Of a stretch of 64,000 nt of DNA, positions 11,928-21,956 are shown one piece after another (the first letter of the stretch is position 1; each line of letters starts with the position of its first letter). The notes beneath the pieces were generated by a model. The model saw only the letters and a program-made list of their open reading frames with translations, made no database searches and was not told where the DNA came from. The stretch is from positions 930,001 to 994,000 of the forward strand of contig OZ361256.1 in assembly GCA_977018835.1 (NCBI GenBank), in the 5' to 3' direction. Source of the DNA: Minutocellus sp. GHC0000111. Its lineage: Eukaryota. The translations under genes and the position numbers were made by a program.

Positions 11928-12291
11928 TGATGTTGTTCTTCGAGAGATCAAATAATTTCAGCTTCTAGCTAGTGCTGTGCGGTACAAATAATGCTTGCAC
12001 CTTATGGTTCTCTGCAGGAATCAATCGTTCTCCGTGTTGTGCAGTTGCCTTCGCTCGCAGGTTGGATTCTTCTTTCTCGTGTGGGTGTTGTGCAGTCGCG
12101 TCTTCAATGTGGGAAGCAAGGGGCGGTTTACGCGGAGTAGGTAGGCCTAGAGTAGTACGTAGTAAGTACGAAACTGCGTAGCTACGTACGTACTAGCCTA
12201 CCGTATGTCCCGCGCGATCCCCTGCCCTGCTCATTTTTCGGGTCCCTGGGCGCGGACCCTGGATGGACTGCTACTAGTACTGCCAAGCAAG

Positions 12292-13266
12292 ATGACGACC
12301 CTCTTGCCAACCCTGTTGGCCCTGATAACAACACTGGCGTTCTGCCCCCACTGCGCAGTCGCCTTACCCGGCCGATCCTCCTCAGCAGACGGTGGTCGCT
12401 ACTCCTTCTCTCTCTCCACCTTCGACAAGGAGGGCAGGCTCAACCAAGTCGAGCGCGCCCAACGAGCCGCCTCCCTCGGCCCGCCCGTCGTGGCCGTATC
12501 GCTCCGTAACGGCAGAGGATGCGTGATGGCATCGCTCTTTGGCACTCCGAGTCCACTGGTGGACGATGACGGGACGGCCCGCTTCGTGCGCATATCGGAC
12601 ACCATCGCAGTCGCCCACAGCGGCGTGAGCGCCGACGGCCGGGCGGTGACGGCGGCGGCGCAAAGGCTGGCGGTCGAGCACGCCTACACCTTCCACGACG
12701 ACGGCAGCGCCGACGGCAGTAGCGAGATGATCCCCATCGATTTGTTTCTGGAGGAAGTCAGCCAGCTGTTCCAGCGGTACACCATGAAGCCCGGTTGCCG
12801 TCCCTTTGGTTGTTCGTTGTTGGTGGCGCACATTCCCAGCGGTACATTTAGTGACAATACCACCACTGGTGAGGCATCGCCTTCATCATCCAACAGCCGT
12901 TGTCGATTGTACAGAATAGATCCATCGGGCATGGTTCAAAAAGTAGAACCAATGTGTTGCATTGGCGGTGGCATGGTGGTGGACAGGATCGTCCAGAAGT
13001 TGGAGGAACACAACTGTGCCGATGCGTCCAGCCTGGAGGATGCAGAGAGGATAGTATTGGATGCGATGAGGAACGTATTGGAGGAAGATACAAGCACCGA
13101 TAGCAATGCGAACGATGAACCGAGGATACCCGGGCCGACCTTCTTGGCGTCGACGCTGACCAGATCAAGGGGTTTGGAGGTGAGAAAGATCCATTCTTCG
13201 TCACGAGTAGACGAAGAGCACAGTAGAAAGAGTGTTGATGTCGAGCAGAATGATAAAGACCGATAG
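12292..13266 (+). CDS. Divergent 20S proteasome alpha-type (alpha2-like) subunit with an N-terminal signal peptide
   Basis: RYSFSLSTFDKEGRLNQVE (alpha N-terminal signature), HSGVSADGR, QRYTMKPGCRPFGCSLLVA and LYRIDPSG. These follow the hydrophobic leader MTTLLPTLLALITTLAFCPHCAVA. Confidence 0.85.
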   Translation: MTTLLPTLLALITTLAFCPHCAVALPGRSSSADGGRYSFSLSTFDKEGRLNQVERAQRAASLGPPVVAVSLRNGRGCVMASLFGTPSPLVDDDGTARFVRISDTIAVAHSGVSADGRAVTAAAQRLAVEHAYTFHDDGSADGSSEMIPIDLFLEEVSQLFQRYTMKPGCRPFGCSLLVAHIPSGTFSDNTTTGEASPSSSNSRCRLYRIDPSGMVQKVEPMCCIGGGMVVDRIVQKLEEHNCADASSLEDAERIVLDAMRNVLEEDTSTDSNANDEPRIPGPTFLASTLTRSRGLEVRKIHSSSRVDEEHSRKSVDVEQNDKDR

Positions 13267-13573
13267 CAGATAGCAGGGTGCACGCGCTGTACATGTAGAC
13301 AAACAGATTAAGTGCAGTAGTGAAGGGATACTTCCCAACAATAAGGCCTCTGCTCCTTTCCTTTCTCATGTTCTGTTCTCGTTGATTTCTCTTTTGTGTA
13401 CCAGTATCGCACTCGCTCATCAACGAGTGAAAACATTTTTGTCGTCCGACTTGACTTTTTTAGATTTATTATATATGAACACCAGAGAAGGAAAGGTACA
13501 TCTTTGCAATCTATCTAAAATAAACCGGCCAGTACAATATGCTTTCTTTTTTTCTGCACATTATACCCGCGGC

Positions 13574-14086
13574 TTACTTCTCGCTAACCTCCTCGAAGTT
13601 GCCATCGACGAGGTCGGGGACATCGTCGTCATCATCGTCGTCGGCCCCGGCCCCGGGCATGCCGCCCATACCAGGCATACCACCGGCCTGGGCGGCGGAG
13701 GCGAAGTTCTGAAGCTGGCTGAGGTTCTCCATGCCGAGCTGGGAGACGATGGAGGGGAGGAGGTCCTGGAGGGGCTTGGTCTCCGAGTTGCCGGACACGA
13801 CGTAGGTGTTGGCGCCGATGGAGGCCTGGACCTTGGGGTTGGTGAAGTGAACGACCTTGCCGTCGTCCTTGAAGAGGTTGACCTCCTCGATGCCGGGGAT
13901 GTTGGTGGCGCCGAGCTTCTTGAGGGTGGTGGAGAGCTTGGCATCGGACTGGGCCGCGGACGATCGGGAGGTCGACTTCTTCTTGCGTCGGGCGGTGCCC
14001 TTGCCTCCGGTCTGGGCGTTGGCGCCTCCGATTCGCTTGGCGATCATCTTTTTCCGGGCCTCGGCGATCTCAGCTTCGGTAGCCAT
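13574..14086 (-). CDS. BTF3: Nascent polypeptide-associated complex beta subunit / BTF3
   Basis: TGGKGTARRKKK, LKKLGATNIPGIEEVNLFKDDG, HFTNPKVQASIGANTYVVSG and DDDVPDLVDGNFEE; strong codon bias. Confidence 0.96.
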   Translation of the reverse strand: MATEAEIAEARKKMIAKRIGGANAQTGGKGTARRKKKSTSRSSAAQSDAKLSTTLKKLGATNIPGIEEVNLFKDDGKVVHFTNPKVQASIGANTYVVSGNSETKPLQDLLPSIVSQLGMENLSQLQNFASAAQAGGMPGMGGMPGAGADDDDDDDVPDLVDGNFEEVSEK

Positions 14087-15503
14087 GGTTTAATAAAATG
14101 TAAATCAATTAGGTGATTGGCTGTGATGGAACGAGTCGACGGCGATGAAGTCAGAGCAAAAGTCTCTACCTGTCAAACAGAAACGGGGGTGGGAAGTGAT
14201 GGAGGAGGACGTGAGAAAATGAACATGTGAAACCAAAATTCGTGCGTCCACTCAGATACCGCAGCGCCCGCAAACTGCAACTCGGAATCCCCATCGCCCG
14301 CATGGCCCGTAACAAGAGCACTGGCATTCCATACCGCCCGATAACCGCCGCAAAACAATGTCGATACCGTCCGCCATCGGGCCTTCCAATAGGTTATGGG
14401 CCCAGGAGCCATATCGAAAGACTTGGCCAGAATGGCGCTCATCCCGTCGTCTGATTTTGATCTCCGATGGCAGATAACTCCCTCGTCATTGCCCGTACCC
14501 AGAACACCGGCGGTCCAACCAAATATCCTCCATCCACAGCCGTTGCACCATGGTCAAACCACCGACAGGGGCTCACCTCCACGAAAATGAGGAGAAGCGG
14601 TAAGCGGGAGGGTTCCGGGTCGAGCGAGTCAATCTCAATGCCGGGATCATTGTTACATCATGGAAGGTCCCGGTATTGATGACGGCCAGACCAGATTTGG
14701 GTTTCTTCCCATGCTTTCTCGCTTTCGGGGTATTGATTTCCCGTTCCTCGCTCGGCTGCCGCTCTCGGCTCGCGCTCGGCCGTGCTACTAGTACCACGTA
14801 GCTAGCATCGCAAAGCAGGCAGCTACACATGATGTGTCAGTGATGTGTGGCACGAATCCACCCAGATTCCTGCCGATTGGTGGCTAGTGAACAAATGTTC
14901 TGGACTATTCGGTTCCCAAAACTATCAGGCAGCGAAATTAGATTTTAGCTACACATCTTTATTTCGACTCGCCTCGACCTCAGCCACACGCTGACCTACA
15001 ATCGGAAAGAAAAGAAACGACGACGTCAATTGATTGAATGGGAGATTGTCTGCATTTGACCACGTGAAAATCTCGCTTAAGTGATAGAAACGATCAACGG
15101 TCTAACAGCAGCAAAGTTCACTGCAGAAGCACAACAGTCGCAAAGTACTGGGGACCTCACAAAAATCACTACACCACGACAGGGCGAAGCAATTTTCCAA
15201 TATCTGATTACAGGTACGCCAGGATAGGTGTAACAATATCCTCATGCCAGGTCAGGTGTAACAAAATCTGTTTGACTATGGACTGACAGCTACGCCTATT
15301 TTGTTCGGGGAGCTTCTTATCCTGGTTCGAACTTATATATCATATTCAATGTACATGTAAATGCAATTTGTTTTCATTCAAATGCATCAGTCAACGAATC
15401 CATATGCCTACTTTTACTGGTAAACGTATGTGTCCTTGGTTGGGCACTGCGGTAGTCCATAGCTAGCTCATTATTAGATCCAATTTTCATGCAAATGCAG
15501 ATG

Positions 15504-16942
15504 TTATGCTTTGTTTGTTGAGACTGCACTAGCAATTGGCAGCATTTCCTGTAGACCGCAATCTTTGCAGATCACTAACCCCGTTACACGCAAAGGCTCA
15601 TCAGTTCTCTCAATGGGCTTGATGGATATGATGTTTAGCCCCGGTTCTAAATACCCGATATATTGGGACTGAACCACATGATTCTTTCTAAATTCTGGAA
15701 TTCGATTGAACGGGTCAAGCAATGTGCCTGGTTGCGAGCTGTCAATAGTAACATCACCACCATTGAATCTAGGCGTCACTGTAATAATTGCTTTTGGATA
15801 TACCTTTTGGTGAGACATTGTAGACAAACCCATCGGCATTTTTACACCGTACGGGTTGTCGACTTCGATTACAAGAGGAGTGTCGTCTTCCATGGTAACT
15901 TCGGCGGCAAACTTGGAGGGAGCAAAGGGAATGATGTTCTTGTTGACGTGGACTTGATTTGAGATTCCAGAGCTATACCACGATACGCACTGGTCCCCTC
16001 CGCCATCGCCCCATCCAGGGCTTGGTTCTTGGGGATACGAGTCAAGTAAAGCTCGGTGGGTGTCGATGATGCTTGCCACGCCGTGAGCTACTCGTGCGTG
16101 ACCGGCTTCGTTGATATGGTGAAGGTCGTCTGCGAACCAAGGCAGCGCGTTATTTTCCTGAGTTCGCTTTCAAAGAAGTCAATTTCTCGCTTTATGTGAC
16201 TCATATAATCGGCGTCATGCTTGTCCCTCCAAGACCATTGGTGGGAAGGATTGTTGTAGAGGTTAGAACTCCATTGCCATGCCGTTTCTTGACCACTGTC
16301 ACTCCAAATTTGTCGACGAATGAGCCTAGCTATTGTATTTTTTGACTTTTCGTCGACGGCTTCAACCAACCAGCTGTAGACATGGATGTAAATGATGATG
16401 GCTCCAGGGTAACGCCGACGAAGACGCCGGAGAAGGAGATCCAGATTTTCTATTCCATTGATGCTGTATTCGACGGTGATGACGTCGTAATCGATGTCGT
16501 GACCGCCACGAGCGTCTAACACGGACGGATTCTGCTCGGCGTGGCCCTCGAGGACCATGCTCTGTAGGCACAATGCGGCTAGATCAGCCCCCGTTCCTCG
16601 CACGGCAATGTTAGTCACAGTACTGTTTTGTGGTAATATTTCGGAAGCCAGCACGAAGGGGTAGGCATCCAGCCGCTCGCCTATTGCTGCCCCCCATGTA
16701 ACAGATCCTCCAAGTGAGAGGACATGCAGGGGCCGGTCAATGTTGGACGCGATTCTTGATTCAGTAAAATTTCTCAGTCCTCGTTCTTGCTCTTGAAGGT
16801 GCCGGTGCTGCTCGTCCAGGGTGAATCTCGAAGAGGACGAGCATAGCAAAACCGCCACCCCGATGACGGCAAGAGCAAAAGACGTCAAAGCTCTCGTACC
16901 AGCCTTCATCGGAGATCGTGACGAACGCGTTTGGTTCTCCAT
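15504..16942 (-). pseudogene. Membrane-anchored SGNH/GDSL-hydrolase-like protein, broken by a frameshifting lesion near 16150
   Basis: Block I LSLGGSVTWG, block II NIAVRGTG and block III EYSIN are in ORF 16088-16942. The catalytic DxxH (WFADDLHHINEAGHARVA) lies in the frame of ORF 15504-16079. An RHL motif follows the TM segment. Confidence 0.7.
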
Positions 16943-17116
16943 GTGGAAATATTCCGAGATGCAAAGCTCTCGTTGTGTGATGCGTCCCCAACGCCAACGC
17001 GTTGAAAGTACTGATTCCTACAGAAGTGGCAGAAATATAAATTAGTCGCGCGCCTCTCACCAAGAGGCACGGGCGGTTGGGCTGTCTCAGCTCAAGTCAG
17101 CTGGGAAGCCTGCAGA

Positions 17117-17900
17117 TCTGACACTTGTCACATTTTCAGGATATTTGCATCATCACCTCAATAACAAAAGTAGGCCTACTAGTAGCTACGTAGGCACTTG
17201 GTCAATGAAGTTACTATCCTCCGCCATTTTGCTGAGAAAACAACAAATACGAACTCGTAATCCCCGCATTCCTCAACACTAGTCATTAGAAGAAAAGAAT
17301 GACGGCGTGTCTCCCACAACAACGTTGAAACAGCCCAGCAAATCGCAGCGCCAACGCGGCGGCGCCTCTCATTTCCGTCGGACGCGGAAGCGACTGAGGA
17401 TGATGCCAGAGAACGGGGAAGGCCAAATGACATTGCTCGACGATGATGTGTGGACGTTGCCGACGAGAAGCAGAGAAGTTCTCTGTTTTCGGGGGCGCTC
17501 ATGATGGCAGGCTTTGGGGGGCAGTTCTGCTCCTTTTTCATCAATGTGGGACGTGAAAGCCAGCTGCCGGAATGGCACCAAAAGCCTTCGTCATTCAAGA
17601 AAACTGACATCCAATGCCGCAGTTACCGAGGACACCACCACTGTTGTGCGGTGTTTCCCGCAATTGAAATTTCCTCAGCAATTGCCAACAACACAGTCAG
17701 TCAGTGGAAAGAATCGCAGCCACCTTCCTTTCTGATGAGAGGCGAGCATGTTCGCCCTCGATGAAGCCGATGCTCGCCCTGTGATGAACACTTTTTTCGC
17801 CATTCCTGAAGGGATGTCGATCAAGAAAGAGGATGCAGAAACTCTTGCCGCATGGAAGCATGCCTGGTCCGCCGCCGGTTGGTTGGAGTCCTGTAAGTGA
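17117..17900 (+). pseudogene. Decayed partial duplicate (upstream region and exon 1) of the 18418 gene
   Basis: DEADARPVMNTFFAIPEGMSIKKEDAETLAAWKHAWSAAGW plus GTAAGT (~17760-17899) parallels DETDTRPIINTFFAIQEG...WKQAWSGAGWNP plus GTAAGT. The upstream motif TCTGACACTT..ACATTTTCAG is shared (17117 and 18289). Confidence 0.75.
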
Positions 17901-18417
17901 ACATAACAGCACTTGGATTTGGATGGTTGCAAGACCAATCCTGCCTTAGCCAGCCGCTCTGCATGATCCTTTTCCGCTTGGTCCTCTACATGTGCATGTA
18001 GTCTAATTGCCGGCACTCTGCATGCATGCACCTCTCTCTCCGCCGTGCTCTAGCTAGCTACGTAGCTAGATTCTGCCGAATTAGGGTTAGTCAAAATGGC
18101 ATAAAATAATCAGGAATAACAGCATGCTGTAGCAGTTGTTAGGGATTTTGCTGCTGGAATTTGAAGGCAGCTGACGCGCAGCAGCAGCAGAACGCGCCGC
18201 CAGATCAAGGCCTCCCTTGGCCAGATGCTCAAAACCTGTTGCTAAGAATTCCTACTTATTCTCAGCATTCGAAATATGGAAATTGTAATCTGACACTTAT
18301 TACATTTTCAGAATTAACGCGGATTCCTACAAAACCCAGCCGCCCACCCTGCCTGTCAAGCTGCCCTGCTCAGCTCCTCGATTCTCCACATTATCAAAAT
18401 CACATAGTAAGATAAAG

Positions 18418-20622
18418 ATGGCCAAATCCACCTCAAGAACGCCCAAAATGCACCTCCGCCGACCACGGAAGCAACGCCAGACCCCTGAATTATCTGGCGC
18501 TGTCGAATCGTCCGGCGGAAGAACAGGGGTAGCAAGAAGAATGATTTTTGCTTCCATCCTCGCCGTTACAGGTGCAACGCTGGTGCTAACATCGGGAAAC
18601 CCACAAGCGTCTGATGCCAGCCCCCGTCGTCTTAGAAAACTCGCCGTAGATTCCACAAGCGCTTCTTCTGACCGCTCCGAGATGGAATTTGCTCCTGGTA
18701 TTGTCAACACGGTCCACAAATTAGCTGCACCCTTCCTGGAAGATCAGGCAAACATATTTGTCTTTGACGAAACCGACACCCGTCCAATTATCAACACCTT
18801 CTTTGCTATACAAGAAGGACAATCAATCAGTGACGTCGATGCCACAATGTTGGCCGTTTGGAAGCAGGCTTGGTCTGGCGCTGGCTGGAATCCTGTAAGT
18901 ATTTGTTCTACAACCCTTACATAATTTTCGCTGCATGCCATGGTATATGTTCGTATATTTATGTAAGATCCATATTTTCTCAACGTATTCTTTTCCACAA
19001 TGATGCCTTTGTTTATTCGATTTTTCTTACTTTACAGCGCATTCTCAAATATCGGTCACGCGGAGGCCCATCCCGAATACACCGATATTGTCGCCAAACT
19101 CGATAATGATGTTCCTCTTGGCGAAGCAATCTTCTATGATAAGTCTTGCTTCCTTCGCCATTTTGCAATGGCTGCTCTTGGAGGTGGTTGGATGACGGAC
19201 TATGATACCATCCCACTCAACATCGATGCCGAAATCGACGGCAGAAACTTCCCAGACGACGGCAAGTTCACCACCTTTGAGGGTCACGTCCCCTCTCTCA
19301 TCGTCGGCAGCGGCGGTGAGTGGGATCGTGTGTCTAAGGCTCTTCTTCAAGAGGGCGTAAATGCCGGCGCTAATGAGGAGCTTCGCCTCATCCGAGAGGG
19401 AAAGCCACGACTTTTTTCCGACATGTTCGCCCTCGGTGAGCTCGTCACGAGGAACGAGGCCATCGTCAATGAACCTCACTCTGTCTTTCAGGCCCACGAT
19501 GCGGGTGATGCCATGGCATCCAAAATCATGGCATGGGATGCTGAAACACTGGCAAGCAATCTACACAGTACATCTCATCAATACTGCAAGAATACAAAGC
19601 ACATCAAGGCTCTTCATTTCTCCCATTCTGCTACCGAATCCATCGGATACTCTGCCGATTATCGTCCAATCGTCATTGCAGCCTTCCTCGACCGTTGGTC
19701 AAAATTGTGCGATGGGCCATCATTTCATTTTGATGATGACGCTGATAGTACAGCTGTACCTGAGGGCGAAATCACTCCCGAGAATAACGTCGAGTTGTCA
19801 TCTTCGGACATCCCCAATACGGGCGCTATCTCGGATGCTCTCTACGACACAGATGGCACCATGGCCATTAGCAGGGAGAACAAGCTTTTGTACGTGCACA
19901 TCCCCAAGACAGGCGGCTCGTCATTCGAATCCTCTGCAATCTTCAGTGATGCCCGTGCTCACCATGCAATCGGTGGACATCGCCCGATCGGCTTCATGAC
20001 ACAGGATGCCGAGGAACGACAACTTACCGACTTTGTTAAGGTGGCTCACATTCGCCACCCGTGTGACCGATTTGTCAGTGCCTTTGCCTATCTCACATCT
20101 GACAAGTGCAACCCTGGCGATCAGGAGTGGGCCAAGAAGTACATGAAGGGCATGTCTATCGACGAATTTGTCTTGGAAGTCGAGAAGAATCCCGAACTTC
20201 TCAAGTGGGCCCATTTCACTCCTATGTGGCGTTATGTCTTTATGCCTGAGGGTACCTTCGGAATCGACGTCGCCATGTGCCAGGAAACCTGGGACGAAAG
20301 TCTGGACAGGCTCGCCAATGGGTTCGACGTTTCTGTTCCCAACGAATTCCACAGCTCTTACAAACTGAAAAATCAGCACTCCAAGTGCGAGGATCTTCAA
20401 CCAGCGACCAAGGCTGCTATCGAACGCATCTACCAAATAGACTATTGCATCTTTGGATATGATTCTCTCCCTCAGCCGATTTGTCCTCATCTCGATGTTG
20501 CTCCCGAGGAATTCACTCAACGATACCGCGCTTGCTCTGCACAGAAGATGGACGAAGTATCGAATTATCATGCTTCCGTGACCAGGACCTTTGCGAGCAC
20601 CACGTTTTCGGACAAACAGTAG
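18418..20622 (+). CDS. Type II membrane DxD glycosyltransferase-like and sulfotransferase fusion; intron 18895-19037; +1 frameshift near 19047
   Basis: TM segment and RRL motif, then CFLRHFAMAALGGGWMTDYD. PAPS-binding motifs are YVHIPKTGGSS and IRHPCDRFVSAF. Deleting one A from CTCAAATATC restores RILNIGHAEAHP. Confidence 0.8.
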
Positions 20623-20836
20623 GGAAAGCGAATGCGCTTTCGTCTCTAGATTCTGTATAATTAGTAAATGTAATAGTATATTTTGATAACAGAAGAGCTT
20701 TTCTGGTTTTTGAATACCTAGGTATTTTCAAATGCAAAATTGAATTATTGCACACATGAAAAGTTGTGTGCCTTGCCCCTACAGATCTCTGCAGGTACAT
20801 CTTCCGTATGTTCTCATAAGTTTATCCTTTCACGGG

Positions 20837-21833
20837 TCATGCAGACTTGTCAGACTTGCTCTTGCCACCAATACTGGTGCCAAATACATCTTCGTTCCGT
20901 GCCACGATGTATACCAACCAAAGCGGAAATATGAGGTACGGAAGATAAAATCCAAACAACGTTGCCCTTTGTGTCCAATCACCTCGCCGTCCCCGCCGTC
21001 GCCGGCCGCCGCTCCCACGGCAAGATCCACCGCGGCACCAAGGCCGTCCGCCCCACCCAGCGCATGATGCGCAACGCCAAGCACATCGGCGGCCACAAGA
21101 TCCGTCACCTCGAGGACGCCAACAACCAGAACCAGAACCAGCAGCAGGAGGAGCGCGACGTCACCTGGATGCACGAGTACTCCATCAAGTTCGACTCGTG
21201 CCACTCCGCCACCACCGTCCGCCAGGAGGGCGGCGGAGACGAGTTCGGTGCCCTCATCGCCAACAACTCCATCGAGTTCACCCTCTGCCCCACCTCCGGC
21301 GGCAAGGGATGCGCCCGCTACCTCGCCCCCATGATGGACTTCCTCAACGCCTACACCGAGGCCCAGATGGAGGAGGAGGAGAACGAGTGCGAGGTCGCCC
21401 GCGAGCAGTGCGAGTACGAGGCCCAGATGAACCAGAACCAAAACCAGAACGTCTCGGGGTCAGTGGCGATGGTTGCCAATATCGGAACAAGAGTTGTTGC
21501 CGTGTGACTGCCGTAGACCAAGCACGCCGTGCGGAATCCACCCCGGCCATTCACACGTGTCGGATCGAGGAGCGAGTAGACAGCATACACGAAGAAGGGT
21601 AGCTGGAACACAATCTCACATGCCACCACCGAGCTGAACCACACGTCGTAGTTCGGCGGTCGCATCAGATTGTCGGAAAATGTAGATGTATTCCAGTCCA
21701 ACACATCTCGGATCGCAGCGGGGTACAAAGAACGGGGTAAAAACGCCTGGCCGTCAACACATAGTGTAATGGGTATGTGCGAGGCAAAGAATGCAAGGAA
21801 TGCCGTACGGGTAGCGCCGGTCAGAGTGCTCAT
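20837..21833 (-). pseudogene. EXPERA/TMEM97-like membrane protein interrupted by a 469-bp insertion
   Basis: The N-part FFASHIPITLCVDGQ...CEIVFQLPFF...YGSHTATTLVPIL...DPET (21833-21450) rejoins DWTQRATLFGFYLPYLIFPLWLV...KSA* (20980-20837) in frame once the insert is removed. Confidence 0.88.
20981..21450 (+). pseudogene. Inserted coding fragment of a silicanin-like (RxL, N/Q-rich) biosilica-associated protein
   Basis: Signal-peptide tail LAVPAVAG, RHLED, NQ runs, YSIKFDSCH, FTLCP and MMDFLNAYTEAQ...CE...CE. Codons are strongly C/G-ending. The fragment has no start or stop. Confidence 0.75.
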
Positions 21834-21956
21834 GTTCGTCAGGTGGTGGGGGAAGCATAAGCCAAAATTGGAAGTGAAAACTCTCTACTTGCGCCCTCCG
21901 AACAGTTCCGGGTCCTTTTGTTGCGATTATCGCGCGATTTGCAAGCCGAGACGGCA

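Noticed and set aside
14173..14830. Small ORFs upstream of BTF3, and those at 49935-50843
   Set aside because: No recognisable motifs or codon bias.
15218..15268. Short direct repeats (GCCAGG..AGGTGTAACAA twice; also AAAGACACCCGGAAT at ~35323 and ~35451)
   Set aside because: Only two copies each, with no associated structure, so no function can be supported.
20983..21450. The insert as a new GT-AG intron of the EXPERA gene
   Set aside because: The minus strand does have GT at 21450 and AG at 20984-83, but splicing there gives GAG ACG TGA, an immediate stop.
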